A stretch of 59,543 nt of DNA, counting the filler. It is 4 parts of 4 records of this genome, joined end to end, with 100 filler letters (N's around TTAATTAATTAA, not from the genome) between each part and the next. Parts side by side here need not be neighbours in the genome. Positions count along the whole stretch, not along the records: positions 36,541 to 48,587 come from SRR22947727_579; 3 more parts are not named here. One strand, given 5' to 3'. A program made the position numbers and the translations under genes. This document shows positions 36,822 to 46,298 of the stretch, in pieces. Each line of letters opens with the position of its first letter. Position 1 is the first letter of the stretch. The notes under the pieces are model-generated. The model did not search any database. It was not told the origin of the DNA and saw only the letters and a list, made by a program, of their open reading frames with translations.

Positions 36822-39800
36822 GCACTACACTCCGTACGCTTTTTTCAAAACCGGTAGATCGTCCGATTGACGGAGTCATAAAGGCAGATGACGAAGAAAG
36901 TCTCCTGAATGAACTAGAAGAATATGTCGTTACAAATGAAATCGAAAAAAATATCAGTAGTTTTTTATCCAACTATAACAATTACACTAATAAAAACGGA
37001 ATATGGATTTCAGGATTTTTTGGATCTGGAAAATCACACCTTTTAAAAATGTTATCTTTAGTGTTGGAAGATAAACATGTAGAAGAAAAAAGTGCGGCAC
37101 AAATTTTTCTGAACAAGATTTCTCACGATGCATTTTTAAAGAGCGAATTAGAAAAAGCAGTCAAGGTCCCTTCCAAGAGCGTACTTTTTAATATCGACCA
37201 AAAGGCGACAATTATAAGCAAGGAAGAAGTTGATGCACTGCTTACAGTGTTTCAGTCAGTATTCGACCAAATTTGTGGATACTACTCAGAGGGGTACATA
37301 GCAAGTCTCGAAAGAGAACTTGATGAACGTAATCTTTTCGCTGCATTCAAGGATGAATTCCGAAAGCACTCCTATGACGAAATTTCTTGGGAGGAGGGGC
37401 GAGAGCAAGCGGCGTTTGAGTCAGACGCGATCTCTAAGACATTCGCAATAGTAACTGGGCAAAGTGAAGTTGCCGGTGAAAACATTTTAGAAAATTATTC
37501 AAGAAATTATGCTGTCTCAATAGAGGGGTTTGCCAAACAGGTTAAAAAATACATTGATAAACAAGAACCGGGTTTTCGTCTAAATTTCTTTGTGGATGAG
37601 GTTGGTCAATACATTGCTGATAACGTAAAATTAATGACAAACCTGCAAACGGTCGCAGAAAGTTTGAATACTATCTGTAAGGGGCAAGCATGGATAATTG
37701 TTACTGCTCAAGAGGCACTCGACAAAGTTGTTGGCGATATTACTGCCCAACAGGCAAATGACTTTTCAAAGATTATGGCAAGATTTGATATTCGAATGCC
37801 CCTCACAAGTAAGAATGTGGCAGAGGTAATCCAAAAGAGACTTTTGAGTAAATCGATGCCTGCAGAAACAGAACTCCAGGATGTCTACAAATCTGAGGCG
37901 AGTAATTTTGGAACACTTTTCAAGTTTTCAGATGGTTCAGTAGATTTAAGAAACTTTGTCGACGAAGATAACTTTATACAAAGTTATCCATTTGTACCCT
38001 ATCAGTACGATCTGTTTCGTGAGTCAATTAAAGGATTGTCTGAACACAATGCTTTTGAAGGTAAACACAGTTCTGTTGGTGAACGTTCTATGTTGGGTGT
38101 GTTTAGAGAAGTTGTGATTGAAATTGCCGACTTGAAACTTGGGCAATTAGCAACTTTCGATTTAATGTTCTCTGGGATCAGAACCGCTTTAAAAAGTTCT
38201 GTGCAAACCTCCATTCAAATAGCAGAAGGTAATCTAGGGAACGACTTTGCAGTTCGTATTTTAAAAGTCCTATTTCTTGTTAAATATTACAGACAATTTA
38301 AACCAACACTGCATAATATTTGCGTTTTGATGCTCGATCGTTTCGATCAAGATATTTCTCAATTAAGGAAGTCTGTTGAAGAGGCGCTTAATTTACTTGA
38401 GTTACAAACTTACATCCAACGAAATGGTGAAGTTTACGAATTTCTCACCGACGAGGAAAAAGACGTTGAGGACGAGATCAAAAATACTGAAGTAGATACT
38501 TCTGAGGTTTCGGATGAATTAAAGGGACTTGTTTTTCGTGACATAATTTCCACCCCCAAAATCCGTCATTCCTCAGGAGACGATTACAAATATGCCCAGA
38601 AAATTGATTATGAGTTAAAGGGACAGGACTCAGAACTTTCAATTAATATAATTACCCCTTTTCATGAGGATGCAGAAAATGAGTCCGCCCTCAAAATGAG
38701 TTCAATGGGCACAGATGAGTTATTAGTTATCCTTCCCACAAACTCCCGATTTATATCCGATTTAATGCTTTACAAACGTACTGAGAAGTATGTTCGGCAA
38801 AATCAACGCACTGGATTAGACGAGGTAAAATCCAGGATTTTAAATGAGAAGGGATCACAGAATTCAGAACGCTTCCGAAATTTAAAAACTCGTCTTCAGG
38901 CAATGATGTCTAATGCAACTTTCATCGTAAGAGGTGAGATCATTGAAATGAGAGAAGGGGATGCAAAGTCTCGAGTAGAGAGGGCATTCCAAATACTAAT
39001 TGAAAAGGTTTACAGTAACCTATCCATACTGAGAGGCGTTAAGTACGCCGAAACTGATATTGCGAAATATTATACCGATGCCAAGGAAGGAATGTTTGCT
39101 GATGGAACCGCACCTCTAACCGAGGCAGAACAGCAAATCTTTAACCATATTCAAGCACAAGCAAAATTAAGCATCAGGGTTTCGCTCAAGTCAGTTCAAG
39201 AGAAGTTTGAACGAAAAAATTATGGATGGTCATCTTACGCAATCCTTGCAAACATAGCGCGTCTATGTGGAAGTCATAAATTGGAAGTGACTGCTGACAG
39301 CAACCAACTTTTAGATGATGACTTGATACGGGCATTCAAAAGCAATCGCGACCACTCAAATATTATATTGCAAACTGTTTCAGTCATCCCTCAGTCACAG
39401 ATACGTTTTCTAAAAAAGTTCTTTGAAGATTTCTTTGACCATCCACCGTTATCCACCGACGCTCGTGGACTAACAGTCGAAATATCAAATGGATTTAGAG
39501 AACTTTCAATCAAACTTGACCAATACTTAGTACAGTCTTCACATATTCCGTTCTTGGCAAAATTGTCTGATGTGAAAGGTACTCTAGACATTGCTTCAGA
39601 CAAGGATTTCAACTGGTTTCTCAATGACCTTTCTAAAATGGAAGACGATTTATTAGACCAGAAAGAAAACATTTTAGATCCTATCATCAAATTCATGGAG
39701 GGTACGCAAAAAACAATTTATGAAAATGCGCGCCAATTCTTGGTTAATAACAGGGATAACTTCATATCTATTGAAACCAATAATGCTGAGGAAGTGCAAA

Positions 39801-40276
39801 GAATTCTGCGCGACGAAAATTGTTTCAAAGGAAACAAGGTTCAACAATTGAATAACCTCGTCTCAGACTTGGAAAACGAAATAATTACGGTACGAGAACA
39901 AAATTTAAAGTCATCGATTGAGAAGGTAGAAAGTCTCTATAATCAGGTTCAAACGATACCCGATTACCAATCAGCAAGTGAGCAAGTTCGAACAGAAATA
40001 AAGAGACGTTTTGATGAAATAAAAATTACTTTGTCAGACACTCAAGCGATCGATGTAATTTCCGTTACCCTAGGTAGATTTGAGAAAAACACGTTTCCGG
40101 CACTTCTTGGATTGCTCGGAGGTTCGGAGGTTGCAGAGGTAGTTTCATCCGAGTCGATACAATATCAAAAACCAAAATCAATTTTGGAAAATGAAGCAGA
40201 TTTAGACGAGCATATTAATGAGTATCGCCGCGCTATGTTGGACGAAATCATTAAGGGGAAGAGGATCACGATCTGA
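36818..40276 (+). CDS. brxC: BREX P-loop ATPase BrxC
   Basis: RPIDGVIKAD, WISGFFGSGKSH Walker A, FFVDEVGQ Walker B, YPFVPYQ. Confidence 0.95.
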   Translation: MSTTLRTLFSKPVDRPIDGVIKADDEESLLNELEEYVVTNEIEKNISSFLSNYNNYTNKNGIWISGFFGSGKSHLLKMLSLVLEDKHVEEKSAAQIFLNKISHDAFLKSELEKAVKVPSKSVLFNIDQKATIISKEEVDALLTVFQSVFDQICGYYSEGYIASLERELDERNLFAAFKDEFRKHSYDEISWEEGREQAAFESDAISKTFAIVTGQSEVAGENILENYSRNYAVSIEGFAKQVKKYIDKQEPGFRLNFFVDEVGQYIADNVKLMTNLQTVAESLNTICKGQAWIIVTAQEALDKVVGDITAQQANDFSKIMARFDIRMPLTSKNVAEVIQKRLLSKSMPAETELQDVYKSEASNFGTLFKFSDGSVDLRNFVDEDNFIQSYPFVPYQYDLFRESIKGLSEHNAFEGKHSSVGERSMLGVFREVVIEIADLKLGQLATFDLMFSGIRTALKSSVQTSIQIAEGNLGNDFAVRILKVLFLVKYYRQFKPTLHNICVLMLDRFDQDISQLRKSVEEALNLLELQTYIQRNGEVYEFLTDEEKDVEDEIKNTEVDTSEVSDELKGLVFRDIISTPKIRHSSGDDYKYAQKIDYELKGQDSELSINIITPFHEDAENESALKMSSMGTDELLVILPTNSRFISDLMLYKRTEKYVRQNQRTGLDEVKSRILNEKGSQNSERFRNLKTRLQAMMSNATFIVRGEIIEMREGDAKSRVERAFQILIEKVYSNLSILRGVKYAETDIAKYYTDAKEGMFADGTAPLTEAEQQIFNHIQAQAKLSIRVSLKSVQEKFERKNYGWSSYAILANIARLCGSHKLEVTADSNQLLDDDLIRAFKSNRDHSNIILQTVSVIPQSQIRFLKKFFEDFFDHPPLSTDARGLTVEISNGFRELSIKLDQYLVQSSHIPFLAKLSDVKGTLDIASDKDFNWFLNDLSKMEDDLLDQKENILDPIIKFMEGTQKTIYENARQFLVNNRDNFISIETNNAEEVQRILRDENCFKGNKVQQLNNLVSDLENEIITVREQNLKSSIEKVESLYNQVQTIPDYQSASEQVRTEIKRRFDEIKITLSDTQAIDVISVTLGRFEKNTFPALLGLLGGSEVAEVVSSESIQYQKPKSILENEADLDEHINEYRRAMLDEIIKGKRITI

Positions 40277-43200
40277 TGGACACGACTGTACTGAAGCGAT
40301 TTGCGCAAGAGGCGCGGATTGTCCTTAAGAACAAGGTGAATTCAAAAATTGATGTTGTGCTCGATGAGGAAAGTGCCGCACGTCGCGAAAACGCAAAAGC
40401 AGTCAGAGACCTAGAAAATAAAATTCGCACAACAAACAAAGACAAGGTCGTCGAACAAGTTGCGTATACTTGGTTCAATCGGTTCACTGCTTTGCAGTAC
40501 ATGGATGTTAATGGATATAACCGTGTTCGAGTGATTGCCCCTGCTGATGGTCAGACACGTCCAGAGATCATGTCAGACGCAAGTGCAGGTGTGTTTGATG
40601 ATAATCTCGTATCAGAGAATACCAAAAATATTGTTACATCTCTTCTGGATGGTCGTTCCGCCAGTATTGATCCTGATAACGAGGCATATCGATATTTGAT
40701 TGTGTCTGCCTGTAACTATTGGCATTCCGCGATGCCATTTCTGTTTGAAAAGATCGCAGACTACACCGAACTTCTGATGCCGGATGATCTTCTATCCGGT
40801 AATTCAATCTTGGTGAAACTCCGTGACGCAATGACACCAGAGAATTGCGAAGATGTAGAAGTCATAGGTTGGTTGTATCAGTTCTATATTTCCGAAAAGA
40901 AAGATGAAGTCTTTGCTGGGTTGAAGAAAAACCAAAAAGTCACACCAGAGAATATTCCTGCTGCAACACAACTATTCACACCAAATTGGATTGTGAAGTA
41001 TCTGGTTGAAAACTCTCTAGGACGTCTTTGGGTGTTGAACCGTCCAAACTCGTCACTGATCCATCAGATGGAGTATTACATTGCACCAGGGGAACCAGAA
41101 ACAGACTTTCTAAAGATAGCATCTCCGGAGGAGATTAAGATCTGTGATCCTGCATGTGGATCCGGACACATGCTGACGTACTCGTTTGACCTTCTTTACT
41201 CTATTTATGAAGAGGAGGGATATGATGCGGCAAGCATTCCCACTCTAATCCTACAAAACAATCTCTATGGTATTGAATTAGATCAACGTGCAGGAGAACT
41301 ATCTGCATTTGCACTGACAATGAAGGCGCGTGGGAAGCATAGGCGTTTTTTGAGCAATCCTGTGCAACCCAATATTTGTGTTTTGGAAAACATCAAATTC
41401 CAATCTCAGGAACTCGATGAATATATGACTGCGGTGGGAAAGGATCTATTTACACTTCCACTGCGAACCACTCTCACACAATTTGAAGAGGCGGATAACT
41501 TTGGATCTCTTATTCAACCCGCACTTCAAGATGTAGAAGGCACTCTGGAGATTCTGCAGTCCAAGGATCTCTCGGGCAACCTCTTTCTCAAAGCAACCCA
41601 AGACCTGGTTTTAAAAGTACTCAAACAGGCAGATTATCTCAAACATAAATATCACGTTGTCGTTGCCAACCCACCCTACATGGGCAGTAAGGGAATGAAT
41701 GGGAAACTAAGCGATTATGCAAAAAAGGAATACCCAGACAGTAAATCCGATCTCTTTGCGATGTTTATGGAACGCACTCTGCGATTGACGGTTAAACGTG
41801 GTGTGATGGCAATGATCAACATGCAGTCGTGGATGTTCTTATCATCTTATGAAAAACTGCGGGGCAAACTTCTCTCAAATGCCACGTTGCTCAACATGGC
41901 GCATATTGGACCAAGAGGTTTTGACTCGATCGGCGGCGAGGTCGTTTCGACAACGGCATTCACATTCCAGAACAATCATAACCCAATCCATAAAGGGGAC
42001 TTCCTACGTTTATTAGACGGAATGTCAGAAGCAGAAAAATCTTACATGACAAAAGAAGCAATCACCAACCCAGACTGCGGTTGGTTACACAGAGTTTCGA
42101 TAGGTGATTTAGATAAAATACCGGGAAGTCCAATTGCATATTGGGTATCCAGTGAATTTCGGTCAGCATTCAAAAACCTAAATTTACTTAAAGATGTAGC
42201 GCGCCCCTGCGCCGGTCTTGCTACTGGCGATAATAATAAATTCCAGAGATATTGGTTCGAAGTCCAGTTCATCAATATTGCATTTGATTGTAAATCAAAT
42301 GCCGAAAGTTCAAACCGATTTGAGGTTTGGTATCCTTGCAATAGTGGGGGGGACTACAGGAAATGGTTCGGAAATAATGAAGTAGTGGTAAATTGGAAAT
42401 ATGATGGGCAAGAAATAAGGAATTTCAGAGACCATAACGGCAACCTAAGGTCTAGACCACAAAATACCCATTATTTCTTTAAACCGGGAGTAACATGGAC
42501 CAAACTTAGTTCAAATAATTTTGCCGCTAGATTACGCGAAACTGGTTTTGTTTTTGATGATACAGGGCGCTCTGCTTTTCCAAATGCGGCGGAACATAAA
42601 GAAGAAATTCTTGCTAATATGTGCTCAAGTGCGGGGAGCATTGCACTGAAAACCTTAAACCCATCATTGAGTTTCACCAGTGGTGATGTCGGGAATTTAC
42701 CAATCATACCGATAGACTCGGTTTCTAGGAAACGTGTTAAAGAAATTATAACATTATCTCAATCAGACTGGGATTCTTACGAAACTTCCTGGAAGTTTAC
42801 AAAACTTCCGCTTATGCCTTCTGATTTCTGCTCTACAACACTTCAAAATACCTATAATTCCCTTCGCACTCATTGGCAGGAAATGACAGATGAAATGCTG
42901 CGCCTGGAAGAAGAAAACAATCGGATTTTCATCGATGCATATGGACTGCAAGACGAACTCACACCTGATGTTCCAATCCATGAAATAACACTGACATGTA
43001 ATCCTGCATATCGGTATGTACAAAAGGTTTCCAAAGAGGTTCAGGAAGAGCGACTGCGTGAAGACACCATGAAGGAATTCATCTCTTATGCAGTTGGTTG
43101 CATGTTTGGTAGGTATGCACTGGAAGAACCTGGACTAGTCCTAGCAAACCAAGGAGAGACGCTGGAGGACTATTTGCGGAAAGTCCCCAATCCATCTTTC

Positions 43201-43782
43201 TCTGCAGACGATGACAACGTTATACCTGTCTTGGACGGTGATTGGTTCGATGATGATGTCACAGAACGTTTCCGTAAGTTCTTACGCATCACTTTTGGAG
43301 AAGAAAACTTCACAGAAAACTTACGATTTGTAGAAATTGCAATCGGAAAAGACATTCGTAAATACTTTTTAAAAGATTTCTACAAAGATCATGTTCAGAG
43401 ATATAAGAAACGTCCCATCTACTGGCAGTTTTCAAGTCCTAGAGGGTCATTCAACGCGTTAATCTACATGCATCGTTACAATCGAGACACGGTGTCTGTG
43501 ATGCTCGACCGGTATTTGCGTGAATTCAAAGTAAAACTAACCTCGCAGAAATCTTCCTTGGAACGCATTGAAATCAGTGCAGATGCAACTCAGGGGGAAA
43601 AGTCCAAGGCAATGAATGAGATTCAAAAGATCAATTCAACTTTGGAAGAACTTGACACATGGGAAAGAGATGTTGTGTTTCCACTGGCAACTCAAAGAAT
43701 TGAAATTGATCTCGATGATGGGGTGAAGACAAACTATCCTAAATTTGGCAAAGCACTTTCAAAAGTCATTGGGTTGAGTTGA
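40276..43782 (+). CDS. pglX: BREX-1 adenine methyltransferase PglX
   Basis: VAYTWFNR, PAATQLFTP, DPACGSGH, NPPY, KRPIYW, DLDDGVKTNY. Confidence 0.95.
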   Translation: MDTTVLKRFAQEARIVLKNKVNSKIDVVLDEESAARRENAKAVRDLENKIRTTNKDKVVEQVAYTWFNRFTALQYMDVNGYNRVRVIAPADGQTRPEIMSDASAGVFDDNLVSENTKNIVTSLLDGRSASIDPDNEAYRYLIVSACNYWHSAMPFLFEKIADYTELLMPDDLLSGNSILVKLRDAMTPENCEDVEVIGWLYQFYISEKKDEVFAGLKKNQKVTPENIPAATQLFTPNWIVKYLVENSLGRLWVLNRPNSSLIHQMEYYIAPGEPETDFLKIASPEEIKICDPACGSGHMLTYSFDLLYSIYEEEGYDAASIPTLILQNNLYGIELDQRAGELSAFALTMKARGKHRRFLSNPVQPNICVLENIKFQSQELDEYMTAVGKDLFTLPLRTTLTQFEEADNFGSLIQPALQDVEGTLEILQSKDLSGNLFLKATQDLVLKVLKQADYLKHKYHVVVANPPYMGSKGMNGKLSDYAKKEYPDSKSDLFAMFMERTLRLTVKRGVMAMINMQSWMFLSSYEKLRGKLLSNATLLNMAHIGPRGFDSIGGEVVSTTAFTFQNNHNPIHKGDFLRLLDGMSEAEKSYMTKEAITNPDCGWLHRVSIGDLDKIPGSPIAYWVSSEFRSAFKNLNLLKDVARPCAGLATGDNNKFQRYWFEVQFINIAFDCKSNAESSNRFEVWYPCNSGGDYRKWFGNNEVVVNWKYDGQEIRNFRDHNGNLRSRPQNTHYFFKPGVTWTKLSSNNFAARLRETGFVFDDTGRSAFPNAAEHKEEILANMCSSAGSIALKTLNPSLSFTSGDVGNLPIIPIDSVSRKRVKEIITLSQSDWDSYETSWKFTKLPLMPSDFCSTTLQNTYNSLRTHWQEMTDEMLRLEEENNRIFIDAYGLQDELTPDVPIHEITLTCNPAYRYVQKVSKEVQEERLREDTMKEFISYAVGCMFGRYALEEPGLVLANQGETLEDYLRKVPNPSFSADDDNVIPVLDGDWFDDDVTERFRKFLRITFGEENFTENLRFVEIAIGKDIRKYFLKDFYKDHVQRYKKRPIYWQFSSPRGSFNALIYMHRYNRDTVSVMLDRYLREFKVKLTSQKSSLERIEISADATQGEKSKAMNEIQKINSTLEELDTWERDVVFPLATQRIEIDLDDGVKTNYPKFGKALSKVIGLS

Positions 43783-46286
43783 TGGATGAGAGGATAGTCC
43801 AAGGACTCAAATCACATTTCGAAAAACACCGGATTGTTTTTTGGTACGATTCCAAAAAAGAAATGCGCGAACAGTTCGACAATATTGAAATGGATGACGT
43901 TGAAAAAATTGAAATCGAAAACAACGAGTTTTCAATAAAACATCGAATTCTAAGAGAGCATCCAAAACAAAAATTTTTAATTTATAAATTTGGATCTGAA
44001 CCTGAAAAACTAACTGATAATTGGTTGCTTGATGTGCAGTTGTCCCAAGGGCAATTCCGCACCGATCAAATTCAAATGTGGTTAAATGAGTTGGGTTTGG
44101 AACTAGGTTTCGCAGGCACTATCGAGCATCATCAATACTTCTTTCGATCTAAAAAACGCATCGAAGATCTGAAATCGACCTTAACAAATAAAGATGACAC
44201 CATAGCACTTAAGGGCAAAATGCTTTTGGTCGCAACTGGATCTAATCAAGACATAGAAGGCATCGTTGCATCTCTGTTTGAGGAATTCGCAAAATCTGAA
44301 GATAGGATTTTTAAACTACTCAAGAAATGTAATCTAGAGGAATTCTTATGGGAACAGTTAGAACGGCGATATGAGTATGCAGTTGATAACCCAACCATCG
44401 CAGACTTTGTATTAGAACTTTTCAAATCTTGCTACCAAAGGTCACAAAACCAAGAGTCTATGTTGAATGCGGAAGCACTTATTTTGCTTCAACGGTGGAA
44501 AAACGATAGAAATAACAAGGAAATATTTGAACAACTATCAGGGGAATTCCAAGAAGCGCTTTTGATTTGTGAGAATACTCGAGAAAAAGATTTCCGCGCT
44601 TTAATCGATATAGACTATTTTGAAGAAATAGATCGGCACATTATTCGGTCGTTAATACAAGAATTATCTGCGCAAACTCTGTCTCGGGATGAGGTTAAAG
44701 TTTTCATAAGAACTCGCCGGAGAACTCATTGGTTTCCAAATTATGAACATGTTTATGAATCCATTCTACACGCGTCTGAATTTCTTCATGAAATGTCAGC
44801 AACGTCACTAGGTATGGACGGATTTGAAGATGCCCTTAATATCTACACAGAAACTTGGTTTAAAATTGATCAATTTTATCGTAAATTTATCTTTCACCTG
44901 AAAAAATCATCTCAAGTCACGTTGCTTGGCGATATTGGTGATTTAATTGAAAACAAATACGGAAATGACTATTTGCTGCGTTTAAATGATGCTTGGCAAA
45001 AGCAAGTTGACCAAGTTTCTGAATGGGAAAGTGTGAATGTTCCTTCGCAGAGAGATTTTTACAAAAATTATGTCCAACAACTAAGATCTAAGGGCAAGAA
45101 GTGCGTTGTGATTGTGTCAGACGCCTTGCGGTATGAGATTGGTGAAGAGTTACGCCAGAGGATCCGCGAAAGGGATAAGTTCGACTGTAAAATCGAACCA
45201 ATACTGTCATCGTTGCCCAGTTATACCCAATTAGGAATGGCATCCCTTTTACCAGAGGGAGATCTGGCAATCCTAGACCCCTCGAAACCCACAGTTATGC
45301 ATGCTGGCGCCTCTACCGCAGGAATTGAGAACCGTAGAAAAGTTTTGGGCGCAAACATCGGTGAGGATAGGTCTTGCGCCTATCATACAGATGACTTTTT
45401 AGACTTTAAAAATCACGAAACGAAAGACATCATTCGTGATCACGATGTGATTTACATTTATCATAATCGTATTGACGCAACCGGAGACTCCACAAAAACA
45501 GAAGAAAAGGTTTTTGAAGCGGTAGAGAATACGATTGAAGAATTGGTTTCGTTAGTTCGGAAATTAACTTCAGCAAATGCAGGGAATATCTTCATCACAT
45601 CGGACCATGGTTTTATTTACCAAAACCGCGATTTGGAATCCAGCGAATACTTAGGGTCTAAACCTGAGGGTAAGGAAGTCCTTTACCATGACAGGCGGTT
45701 TGTGCTTGGCAAGGAACTGTTAGAAACAAGTAGTTTTAAAAAGTTCACATCTGGTCAACTCAGGATATCTGGTGACTTTGATATATTATTTCCTAAGTCG
45801 ATAAATCGTTTAAGACGGTCAGGTTCCGGTGCAAAGTTTGTACATGGTGGGGTGTCTCTACAGGAGGTAGTGATACCCGTCTTAAGCATCAAGAAGGGAC
45901 GTGAAAGTGATGCGTCTCAAGTAGATATCACTATTCTTACAGGAACTTCAAAAACGATTTCTACCAGTCAAATTTCTATCAAACTATATCAAGAAGCGCC
46001 AGTGACTGCAAAAGTTCATGCGCGAACGGTACGTGTAGGTTTATATGGGGGTGACGGAGAGTTGTTATCCGATCAACAAGAAATTACCTTTGATATCGAG
46101 TCTGAAGACCCCCGCGATCGTGAACAAAAAATGCAGATATTACTAAGTAAATCCGCGGATAATTATAATCATCAGGAGGTAATCTTGAGATTAGATGAAC
46201 GTCATCCAGGGACTTCTCATTACAAAGAATATCGTTTCGTTAAGTATATGATCAAACGTACATTCACTAACGATTTTGATTTTTAA
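43782..46286 (+). CDS. pglZ: BREX phosphatase/nuclease PglZ
   Basis: RIVFWYD, VSDALRYE, LPSYTQLGMASLLP, TSDHGF, FVHGG.SLQE; TGATG overlap with pglX. Confidence 0.95.
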   Translation: MDERIVQGLKSHFEKHRIVFWYDSKKEMREQFDNIEMDDVEKIEIENNEFSIKHRILREHPKQKFLIYKFGSEPEKLTDNWLLDVQLSQGQFRTDQIQMWLNELGLELGFAGTIEHHQYFFRSKKRIEDLKSTLTNKDDTIALKGKMLLVATGSNQDIEGIVASLFEEFAKSEDRIFKLLKKCNLEEFLWEQLERRYEYAVDNPTIADFVLELFKSCYQRSQNQESMLNAEALILLQRWKNDRNNKEIFEQLSGEFQEALLICENTREKDFRALIDIDYFEEIDRHIIRSLIQELSAQTLSRDEVKVFIRTRRRTHWFPNYEHVYESILHASEFLHEMSATSLGMDGFEDALNIYTETWFKIDQFYRKFIFHLKKSSQVTLLGDIGDLIENKYGNDYLLRLNDAWQKQVDQVSEWESVNVPSQRDFYKNYVQQLRSKGKKCVVIVSDALRYEIGEELRQRIRERDKFDCKIEPILSSLPSYTQLGMASLLPEGDLAILDPSKPTVMHAGASTAGIENRRKVLGANIGEDRSCAYHTDDFLDFKNHETKDIIRDHDVIYIYHNRIDATGDSTKTEEKVFEAVENTIEELVSLVRKLTSANAGNIFITSDHGFIYQNRDLESSEYLGSKPEGKEVLYHDRRFVLGKELLETSSFKKFTSGQLRISGDFDILFPKSINRLRRSGSGAKFVHGGVSLQEVVIPVLSIKKGRESDASQVDITILTGTSKTISTSQISIKLYQEAPVTAKVHARTVRVGLYGGDGELLSDQQEITFDIESEDPRDREQKMQILLSKSADNYNHQEVILRLDERHPGTSHYKEYRFVKYMIKRTFTNDFDF

Positions 46287-46298
46287 GAGGGTGTGATT